From assembly GCA_963785725.1 (NCBI GenBank), contig CAWAWS010000033.1, positions 64,001-128,000 on the forward strand: 64,000 nt of DNA, written 5' to 3'. Every line of letters starts with the position of its first letter. The first letter of the stretch is position 1. This document shows positions 1-7,655 of this stretch, piece by piece. The translations under genes and the position numbers were made by a program. The notes beneath the pieces were generated by a model. It was not told where the DNA came from, ran no database searches, and saw only the letters and a program-made list of their open reading frames with translations. The DNA comes from an uncultured delta proteobacterium (lineage in GTDB: Bacteria > Myxococcota_A > Polyangia > Palsa-1104).

Positions 1-1344
1 GTGAATGGTCAAACCAATCGCGAATGCCGCCGTGGCCGCGAGGAGCCAGAGTGGAAACAGCAGGGACAGCGGCGGCACGGCGAGCTCGAGCGCCAGCATG
101 AAGAGCCCGAAGCTGCCGTGACGAACCGCGGCCACGACGAGACGCGGCGACTGCAGCATCGTGCGCAAGTGGCCCCACAGCCAACGCGTGCGCTGCGCGT
201 CGGCGGCGCGCTCACGCGACGGGAAGAGGCTCGTCACGCGCGCGTCGGCGCAAAAGCGCGGCGGCGTGCCGGCGGCGGCGAGATCGATGGCGAGCTGCAC
301 GTCCTCGACGACGCTGGCGTTGCCAAACGGCGCGACGCGAGCGAGCGTCCACGGCAGCGCCATGCCGGCGCCGGTCAGTAGACAAGGCGCGCCGAGTCGC
401 ATGAGGCCGAGCGGTCGCGCCCAATTGCGGACGGCGAAGAGCAGCTCGGCCAGCTGGCGCGCGGGCGGCGCGTCGGCCGGTGCGCGCATGAGGTAGACGG
501 CCTGCGCAGGCGCGGCGCCGCCGGCGTCGCGCAGCCGAGCGATCGAGCCGGGCGCCACGTCGCAGTCGGCGTCGACGATGATGACGACATCGGGCGGCCG
601 CGCGGCGAGCGCGGCGATGCCGGCGGCGAGCGCCCATCCTTTGCCGGCGCGTGCCGCATCGTGGCGTTCGACGACTTCGGCGCCGGCGGCGCGCGCGATG
701 GCGGCGGTGTCGTCGCTGCAGTTGTCGGCGACCACGAGCAGCCGATCGCCGCGGCGCAGCTGTGGCGTCAGCGTGGCCAGCGTCGCGGCGATGCCGGCGG
801 CTTCGTCGTGCGCGGGCACGATAATGGCGACGCGAGCTGGGCCGCCGCCATCACGCGGCACGCCGGCGGGATCGCGCGCGTCGCCTGATTGGCCATCGTC
901 CGTCGCGCGTTGCGCATCACTCGTACCCGCCGCGCTCTGCGCATCACTCGTACCCGCCGCGCGTCGTGTGTCACTCGCGCCCGCCGCGCGTCGCGCGTCA
1001 TTCGCGCCCGCCGCGCGTCGCGCGTCATTCGCGTCCGCCGCGCGTCGTGTGTCACTCGCGCCCGCCGCGCGTCGCGCGTCATTCGCGTCCGCCGCGCTTT
1101 TCGCATCGCTCACGCGCGCCGCGCTTTGCGCATCACTGGCGCTCACCGCGGCTTGCGCATCACTGGCGCCTTCCGCATCACTCGCGCCGACATCCGCCGC
1201 TCGCGCATCCGCCGACCCGGCGGCCGGCCATTGTCCGCCGCCGCCCCGCCGCTGCCCGACCGTCAACGCCGCGGCAATCTCCAGCACGAATACCGCGCTC
1301 GGAAGCGCGAGCAGAGCGATAGCCACGGAGACGAGCAGCGTCAC
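1..1344 (-). CDS. Family 2 glycosyltransferase, membrane-anchored; 3' end runs off the window
   Basis: My own minus-strand translation (absent from the ORF track because no stop lies in the window): N-terminal hydrophobic helix, then VAIIVPAHDE, VVADNCSDDT, GKGWAL, VDAD (DxD), VVED and QRTRW (QxxRW). GTG start at 1344 is inferred. Confidence 0.85.
   Translation of the reverse strand, partial: MTLLVSVAIALLALPSAVFVLEIAAALTVGQRRGGGGQWPAAGSADARAADVGASDAEGASDAQAAVSASDAQSAARVSDAKSAADANDARRAAGASDTRRAADANDARRAAGANDARRAAGASDTRRAAGTSDAQSAAGTSDAQRATDDGQSGDARDPAGVPRDGGGPARVAIIVPAHDEAAGIAATLATLTPQLRRGDRLLVVADNCSDDTAAIARAAGAEVVERHDAARAGKGWALAAGIAALAARPPDVVIIVDADCDVAPGSIARLRDAGGAAPAQAVYLMRAPADAPPARQLAELLFAVRNWARPLGLMRLGAPCLLTGAGMALPWTLARVAPFGNASVVEDVQLAIDLAAAGTPPRFCADARVTSLFPSRERAADAQRTRWLWGHLRTMLQSPRLVVAAVRHGSFGLFMLALELAVPPLSLLFPLWLLAATAAFAIGLTIH
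905..1190. repeat. Degenerate 27-bp tandem repeat, about 10 units, in frame within the GT2 gene (unit resembles A-G-A-S/N-D-A-R-R-A)
   Basis: Units such as gcgcatcactcgtacccgccgcgctct and cgcgtcattcgcgcccgccgcgcgtcg recur with a 27-nt period. Confidence 0.85.
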
Positions 1345-1356
1345 GTGGCTCGAATG

Positions 1357-1755
1357 TTACTGCTTTTGCCCCGCCGGCGCCGTCGGCGACGACGTCAGCG
1401 GCGGATTCTGCTGCGCCGGCACACGATAAATGAGCGTCCCGCGATCGAGCGACCCATGCGGCATCAGCCCCGGCATGCGCGTCCCACGCAACGCCCGCTG
1501 CAGCCGCTCCGCCTCCGGCCGCGGCCGCGGCCGCGCGTCGGTCGCCACTGCCGCATCCGTCGCGCCCGCGGCGCCCGCATCCCGCGCCGTCGCCGGCTTG
1601 CTCACGACCGCCGCGCCACCGTCGACGCTCGCATCCGCCGCCGTCGCCGCGACCGTCGCCGCCGGCGCCGCCGCGACCGTCGCCGGCGCGTCCTTGTGCT
1701 CGCACGCCGCCACGCCGATCCAAAGGGCCAACCCGATCCATCGTCCGCGCTTCAT
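1357..1755 (-). CDS. Hypothetical Ala/Pro-rich lipoprotein
   Basis: MKRGRWIGLALWIGVAAC signal with lipobox; ends 12 bp before the GT2 start on the same strand. Confidence 0.6.
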   Translation of the reverse strand: MKRGRWIGLALWIGVAACEHKDAPATVAAAPAATVAATAADASVDGGAAVVSKPATARDAGAAGATDAAVATDARPRPRPEAERLQRALRGTRMPGLMPHGSLDRGTLIYRVPAQQNPPLTSSPTAPAGQKQ

Positions 1756-1818
1756 TTGACGGCGAGTAACCCGCATTCACTCATTCGCGTCAACGGCAAA
1801 ACCTGCTACGTTGCGCGC

Positions 1819-2283
1819 ATGCGTTGGCGGTTTCTCGTCGCTGCGTGCGTGCTCGGTTGCGGCGGCAGCAGCGCGTCCACGACCGACGCGCTCGACGGCG
1901 GCCACCTGGCGACGACCGGCGCCGCCTTCGTCGCGCAGCGCGGCTGCCCGAGCTGCCACGAGCCGACCGATCACGCGGGCACGCTCGCCGGCCAGCTCAC
2001 GCCCGTCGCCGGCACGCTCGCCTACGGCTCGAATTTGACGCCCGACCCGGCGACCGGCCTCGGCACGTGGGCCGACATCGAGATCGTGCGCGCCATCCGC
2101 TTCGGCGTCGACAACAACGGCAACCCACTCTGCCCGGCGATGCCGCAATACCCCGACATGGGCGACGTCGAAGCCGACGCGATCCTCGCCTACTTGCACA
2201 GCCTACCGTCGGTGGCGCGCACCATCCCCGCGTCGATGTGCCCGCCCATCAAGCCCACGCCCTCCGCCGACATGGCCAACTGA
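1819..2283 (+). CDS. Monoheme c-type cytochrome lipoprotein
   Basis: Lipobox VLGC, CPSCH heme motif, NLTPDPATGLGTW and distal AMP Met ligand as in gluconate/alcohol dehydrogenase cytochrome domains. Confidence 0.85.
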   Translation: MRWRFLVAACVLGCGGSSASTTDALDGGHLATTGAAFVAQRGCPSCHEPTDHAGTLAGQLTPVAGTLAYGSNLTPDPATGLGTWADIEIVRAIRFGVDNNGNPLCPAMPQYPDMGDVEADAILAYLHSLPSVARTIPASMCPPIKPTPSADMAN

Positions 2284-2454
2284 CCGCCGCGCCAATTGCC
2301 TCATCGTCGCTAACCGCCCGCGCAACAGATTCCGATTCGTGGATCGACGTGCCCAGCCTCGAGCACGACTGGCGCGCTCGACGCGAATCCCTGCTGGTCG
2401 AGTGCGTGCGAGCGACCGCTGCCGCTAAAACTGTCGCGAGCGCACACGTATTCG

Positions 2455-2780
2455 TATCGCGCGTGCACGCACCTTCAAACTGTCGTTAGCGCGCGTCTGT
2501 ATTCGTGATCGCGAGTTGACCACGGATTTGCGCCCATATCGCGCGTGCACGCACCTTCAAACTGTCGTGAGCGCGCGTCTGCATTCGTGATCGCGAGTTG
2601 ACCGCGATTTGCGCCTTTATCGCGTGCAGGCACCCTCAAAATTGTCGTGAGCGCGCGTCTGCATTCGTGATCAGGAGTTGATCGGGGATTTGAGCCTATA
2701 TCGCGCGTGCAGGAACCTTCAAAGCTGCCGCGAGCGCGTGCGTATTCGGGATCGCAACTGACGGGGCCTTGCGACTACAT
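2455..2780. repeat. Non-coding tandem repeat, 81-82 bp unit, 4 clear copies plus degenerate flanking copies
   Basis: Units start at 2455, 2537, 2618 and 2699 (tatcgcgcgtgcacgcaccttcaaactgtcgtgagcgcgcgtctgcattcgtgatcgcgagttgacc...). Confidence 0.9.
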
Positions 2781-2878
2781 CGGGCGAGAGTGGGGGAATC
2801 TCGAACCGTTGCCGACTCGTGCGTTATTCCTGATCGAGCCAACCGGCTATCGCGACGACCTCAGGCGGCGGGAATCTT

Positions 2879-2999
2879 CAAAACCGTTGCGAGCGGTCCA
2901 AGCGCAAAGCGGAGCGAGGAGCGCAGCGGAGCGGGGTCTGAGCCCGTGAGCAGCGCACCGCAGCGACAACGCCGCGCTTGGACCGCGCAGTAGGTTTTG
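2879..2999. repeat. REP/MITE-like element with imperfect terminal inverted repeats
   Basis: GCGGTCCAAGCGC (2893-2905) pairs with GCGCTTGGACCGC (2974-2986); outer CAAAACC pairs with GGTTTTG. Confidence 0.6.
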
Positions 3000-3003
3000 C
3001 CGC

Positions 3004-4446
3004 CTACTTCGGCTGGATGCTGGCCCACCAGATGTTCAGTCGCTTCGACTGCGTCTCTGCCACGACGAGCACCTGCACCGGCTGCCCATCGTTCTGATAC
3101 GTCGAATCGAAGTTCACCTTGATCGGAACCGTGCTGCCCGCGTTGCCCCACAAGCGCACGCCGAGCGGCGGACCATTCGGATTGCTCGGGTCGGCGCGAA
3201 TCGCGATATCGGGATCGAGCGTCACACCGGCCGGCAAGAACGATCCGGCGACGAAGAATTCGATCGGCCCGACGCTCGGGTCATACTCGAACGGCTCGAT
3301 GTTGAACGTGCCCGTGCCCGTGCCGTTCGACGCCAGCGTCACCGCCAACACCGACTGATTCTGCCCGTTGTTCGACGTGTCGCCGCTCCAGAACGCCGCG
3401 CCGAAATACGGCCCGTCGGTGCTCGGCACGCACGGGTTCGTGTTCGGCCCCGTCGGCGCCGCGTTGTCGGCCGCGACGGTCGCGTTCGAATACAGCTGCT
3501 GCACCAAGTAGCTCGTCGTCGCGTTGGCCGCGATGCGCGCGTTGACCGCCAAGCACATGTCGCCGGTCTCGCCGCCACCTTCGTAGACCGCGTTCGTGCC
3601 CGGAATCGCCACGCGGTTCGACTGCAGATCGGCGTCGGTCGTGGCCTCGGCCGCTTCGTGACTGATGGTGACCGTCAAGTCGTCCCAATCCGGCGTCACG
3701 CCATCGGCCAAGAAGCAGTAGGCATTGACGAGATAGGCGATGCCCGCGGCCGTCTTCGAGTGATAGCCATCGAAGTACACGCAGCTCGAGGCGCCGCCGT
3801 TCGTCGCCGTCGACGCCGGATCGATCACGAACGAAATGATCAGGTTGGCCGACTTCGCCGGCCAGCCCGCCGTGATGCCGACGTTCTTCGTCACCAACGA
3901 TTGCAGCTGCGCGTCCGTGATCGTCTTCGGCGGCGCCGCCGCGATCTTGATCACACCGCCGGCCGTGCCCGCGCCGACGCCGTATTCGCTCGTGCCCGTC
4001 TTCCAGTAGTCGCTACCGAGCATCCACGACGTGAACGTGTTGACCTGCGTGCCGTAATCGCCGTATTTCGCCGCCGGATCGGTCCAGACCACGGTCCAGA
4101 CGTTCGGCGCCGTGTACGGGCTCGTCGTCTTGGCGTTCGAGAACGCCGGCAGCGGCGGATGCAGCGTCGGATCATGATCGGGCAGCGGAATGCCCGCGAG
4201 ATCGAGCGGGCCCGTCGCCATGTCGGTGCTCTTCGGCACGGACAGGTCGTCGCCGACGCTGCCGCCACCACCGCCACCGCCGCCACCGCCACCGCCGGCC
4301 GTGCCGGCGCTCATATCGGGCGGAATCACGACCGGCGTGCCGCCGCCACCGCCGTTACCGCCGACGCCACCCTTCCCGCCGTTTCCCGACGAGCACCCGA
4401 CCACCACCGAAAGTGAGAGCGCGAAACAAGCCAACGACCGCCGCAT
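3004..4446 (-). CDS. Hypothetical lipoprotein with a Phi-1/EXORDIUM-like domain
   Basis: Lipobox VVGC, Gly-rich linker, motifs GYHS, ISHEAAEATTD, GETGDMC and YLVQQLYSN. The family resemblance is from memory. Confidence 0.65.
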   Translation of the reverse strand: MRRSLACFALSLSVVVGCSSGNGGKGGVGGNGGGGGTPVVIPPDMSAGTAGGGGGGGGGGGGSVGDDLSVPKSTDMATGPLDLAGIPLPDHDPTLHPPLPAFSNAKTTSPYTAPNVWTVVWTDPAAKYGDYGTQVNTFTSWMLGSDYWKTGTSEYGVGAGTAGGVIKIAAAPPKTITDAQLQSLVTKNVGITAGWPAKSANLIISFVIDPASTATNGGASSCVYFDGYHSKTAAGIAYLVNAYCFLADGVTPDWDDLTVTISHEAAEATTDADLQSNRVAIPGTNAVYEGGGETGDMCLAVNARIAANATTSYLVQQLYSNATVAADNAAPTGPNTNPCVPSTDGPYFGAAFWSGDTSNNGQNQSVLAVTLASNGTGTGTFNIEPFEYDPSVGPIEFFVAGSFLPAGVTLDPDIAIRADPSNPNGPPLGVRLWGNAGSTVPIKVNFDSTYQNDGQPVQVLVVAETQSKRLNIWWASIQPK

Positions 4447-4675
4447 GAAGACCTCCGCCCGCGCGCGTTTGCAAACGGCGAACCGCGGCATAACCTCGTG
4501 AAACAGCGGTTTCGTGGCCGAATGGGACCTCGGCCCCATGTGACGCGACTCCCCGGCGATGGCGCAAAATAGCCCGCGCCCAAATCGCCGGAGACTTTAC
4601 CCCCAGGCCGTGCAACTTCTAGTGTGCATGCGTCATGGCCTTTTGTTTCGCCGGCGATCGCGCTATTTCAGTGAG

Positions 4676-7036
4676 GTGCGGCGGCTCTCGTTGGTGGCGT
4701 TCTTTCTCGCGCTCTCGTGCGGCGGCGGCAAACCGAAGCTGCAAACGCTGCCGCTGTCGCCGCCGGTGCCCGCGACCTATTTCACGGCCGAGCGCACCGA
4801 CACGACGTTCTACACCGCCGATCACTTTCAGACGTCGATCGAGATGCAGATTTCCGGCGAGCCCTTCGCGCAGCTGCTCGGGCGCAACTTGGCCGGCTAC
4901 GATCGCTACAGCACGACGACCGACCTCTATATCGATCCGGCGACCAATCGGCCCGTGCGCGATCCGCTCAGCTATTCGATGGCCGTCGAGTCCTACGAAT
5001 ATTCCAAGCAGCCGATGAACAATACGTCGTTCGAGTCGGGCGCCGGCATGTCGCTCATGTTCGGCCCCTTGCTCAACCCGACGAACCTCGTGGGCGACGA
5101 CGCCGTGGCGCTGCTCGTCAATCGCGTGCAGCAGTTCGCCACCGAGTCGAGCTCCGGCGGACCGTCGGGGCAAAACTTCGTCGTCTCGCCGGCGCCGACC
5201 GACAACCCGCTCAACGTCTACGGCTGGCCCGGCTTTTGGCCGGCGTTCGCCGAATATGCCGCGTGGGACACGAGCATCACGCCGTCCATCGGCGGGCAGA
5301 CGATGTTCTGCAGCTTCTCCGCCGGCTACGCCGCCATCGCCGCCGGCTCGCAGATCGTCGGCGATTACGAGTGCTCGTACAACTCGCTCAACCTGCCCAA
5401 TCGCGCGCAGCAGGTGCAATTCACGATCGAGCCGGAGGCGCTCGGCTTTGCCACGTGGAAGCAGTCGCTGTGGGTGATCAACTATTGGCAGTCGCTGCAT
5501 GACGCGCAGGGCAACGCGATCGTGCAAGTGGCCGACGCCGACATGCCGCAGGTCGGACAGCCGGGAAATACGGTGATTGGACAGACGCCGGATCCCAACG
5601 ATCCGACGGGAAATACGCTCATCGACGGCTTGCCCGGCACCTATTTGGGCGACATTCCGCTCGAGGGTTTCCAAGGCCAGACGATGATCGACGAGGTCGA
5701 CAACAAGTCGGCGCTGCTCATCGGTCAGCTGACGACGGCCGACGGCGCGACGCTGAGCGGCTTTGCCACGATCAAAGACGCCATCGATTACGACTATACG
5801 TCGCCCTTGCGCTGGTGGCCGGCGCGCACGGCGGTCACCGAGTTTCCGACGGGACCGACGCCGGCGCACCTGCAGAGCTGGCGCTACTTTCCCGACCCCT
5901 ATCTCTTCACCGTCGCCGATGGGTCGAGCCACGTGCGCGGGCTGACGGCGCTCATCGGCGGCTTCGGCACCTTCTTCGCGCTCACCGACTTCAACAACGC
6001 CGACGTCGGCGGGCAGGCGTCGTCGCGCGCGACGTTCGACGGCGATCCGTTCGCGGCCGACGACCAGCTGCCCGACGGTGAATCGTCGCCGCACGATCGC
6101 GCGTTGGCCATGGTCAAAGTCGCGGTCGTCGATCTCGATCGGCTGCATTGGGACGCGGCGCACAACGTGCTCGTCGATACGGCGAACGTCGTCGGCGGCC
6201 AGGTGCAGCGCGGCAGCGTCGTCACGACGTTCGATCTGGCCTACGCGATCGTGACGCTGCGCGCGGCGTTGCGCGGTATCTCCTCGTCGCTGGCGCTGTA
6301 CTCGAACGACACGCCCGACACGCACGGGCTGCCGACCGCGCTCGACGGCGCGCGCTTCAACGGCGCGGCCGCGGGCGAGACGCTGGCGTCGCGCATGCTG
6401 GAGCTGATCACGGCCGAGTCCGACTTCTTGGCCGACAAGCTCATCGCCAGCGACGGCAGCGTCGCCAATCGTTACGACGTGCAGGCCGGCGCCGGCGACG
6501 GCACGCCGACGACGCTGATGTCGGAAGCGGCGGCGATTCGCGGCCTCCTCGACGGCTACTTGGCGACGGGCAACGACAAATATCGGCAGGTCGCCATCGC
6601 CGTCTACGCCGACCTGGACAAGCGGCTGTGGATGTCGGACGTGCGCGCCTTCCGAACCGTCGTCGGCGAGAGCGATCGCATCGTGTGGAACCCGCTGTCG
6701 TTCGGCGCCGTGCAGGGCGCGATGCGGCAGTATTGGAAATTAGTGGCGAATCGCCCGGGCAACGAGGCCGTCGCCGCCGAGCTGCTCGAGCGCGTCAAGC
6801 GCACCAACAAGCTCATCGCCAACGGCTGGGACGACGCCAACGGCGACGACATCGTGCAGTATCCGTCGGAGTGCACCGGCGCCGGCTTGCAGATGGGCGA
6901 GCGCGCGTTGACCGGCGAATTGGCGCGCCCCGAAGACGGCGGCGACCGCGATCGCGACTGCGTCATCGAGATCGCGATGGCCCAGCGGCCGGCCGCGCTC
7001 GCCGCCGAGCTCGTCTTGCAGCGGCGTAAGAACTAG
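4676..7036 (+). CDS. Large hypothetical lipoprotein (about 786 aa)
   Basis: Long ORF with GC-rich third positions; lipobox ALSC after the GTG start; helical C-terminal part (AIRGLLDGYLATGNDKYRQVA) reminiscent of (alpha/alpha)6 barrels. Confidence 0.8.
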   Translation: MRRLSLVAFFLALSCGGGKPKLQTLPLSPPVPATYFTAERTDTTFYTADHFQTSIEMQISGEPFAQLLGRNLAGYDRYSTTTDLYIDPATNRPVRDPLSYSMAVESYEYSKQPMNNTSFESGAGMSLMFGPLLNPTNLVGDDAVALLVNRVQQFATESSSGGPSGQNFVVSPAPTDNPLNVYGWPGFWPAFAEYAAWDTSITPSIGGQTMFCSFSAGYAAIAAGSQIVGDYECSYNSLNLPNRAQQVQFTIEPEALGFATWKQSLWVINYWQSLHDAQGNAIVQVADADMPQVGQPGNTVIGQTPDPNDPTGNTLIDGLPGTYLGDIPLEGFQGQTMIDEVDNKSALLIGQLTTADGATLSGFATIKDAIDYDYTSPLRWWPARTAVTEFPTGPTPAHLQSWRYFPDPYLFTVADGSSHVRGLTALIGGFGTFFALTDFNNADVGGQASSRATFDGDPFAADDQLPDGESSPHDRALAMVKVAVVDLDRLHWDAAHNVLVDTANVVGGQVQRGSVVTTFDLAYAIVTLRAALRGISSSLALYSNDTPDTHGLPTALDGARFNGAAAGETLASRMLELITAESDFLADKLIASDGSVANRYDVQAGAGDGTPTTLMSEAAAIRGLLDGYLATGNDKYRQVAIAVYADLDKRLWMSDVRAFRTVVGESDRIVWNPLSFGAVQGAMRQYWKLVANRPGNEAVAAELLERVKRTNKLIANGWDDANGDDIVQYPSECTGAGLQMGERALTGELARPEDGGDRDRDCVIEIAMAQRPAALAAELVLQRRKN

Positions 7037-7086
7037 CTCGTGTCGCAGCGGCGTAAGCGCTAGAATCAGCAGCTGGTTTTCTCAGA

Positions 7087-7572
7087 TCAGCAGCTGGTTT
7101 TGCAGAAGGCGTAGGGGCTAGAGGCGGACACCGGGCAGCATTTGAGCGTCGTGCCGCAGTCCTTGTCGACGTGACACATGACCTGCCCGGTCGTCTGCGT
7201 CGCGCAATAGCCGTTCGATTGGCACTGCGAGACCGCGCCGCCGCCCGCCGTCGAGCCCTGCAAACAGCACTCGGGCAGGAAGGGCTCGCAATCCTCGGGC
7301 CCGTCGCAGTGGTAGGCGATCGAGGCGCAGCTGTCGCTCATCTGCTCGCACGAGCCGCTCACGCCGTCGTCGGCGCTGCAGCACAGCTGCGACAGAGTCG
7401 CGCACGCCGTCGCCGGGCCGCAGGCGATGCCGGCGGTCGACCGCGCCATGTCCGTCGCGGCCATCGACAGGTCGGCGACGCCGCTGCCGCCGCCGCCGCC
7501 ACCGCCGCTGCTCGAGGACGATCCGCCGCATGCCGAGACCGCCACGATCATCGCGAACGCAAGCCAGCGCAT
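7087..7572 (-). CDS. Small Cys-rich lipoprotein
   Basis: MRWLAFAMIVAVSAC lipobox, Ser/Gly linker, many Cys (CDGPEDC, CC pairs). It is the C-terminal part of track ORF 7087..9825. Confidence 0.75.
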   Translation of the reverse strand: MRWLAFAMIVAVSACGGSSSSSGGGGGGGSGVADLSMAATDMARSTAGIACGPATACATLSQLCCSADDGVSGSCEQMSDSCASIAYHCDGPEDCEPFLPECCLQGSTAGGGAVSQCQSNGYCATQTTGQVMCHVDKDCGTTLKCCPVSASSPYAFCKTSC

Positions 7573-7655
7573 GAATCTAGCGTAGCACGCCAAAGCCGCT
7601 CGCAGCGCGCGTTTCCGAGCGTGTGACGCGTGCGCCTGCGGTCGGCTCGAGCGCG

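Noticed and set aside
578..1818. Plus-strand ORFs 578..1429 and the 5' part of 889..2283 with Arg-rich repeats
   Set aside because: Antisense shadows of the GT2 and lipoprotein genes. The repeat is better explained in the minus-strand GT2 frame.
2455..2780. Possible CRISPR array
   Set aside because: The whole 81-82 bp unit repeats with no unique spacers, and no cas genes were recognised in the window.
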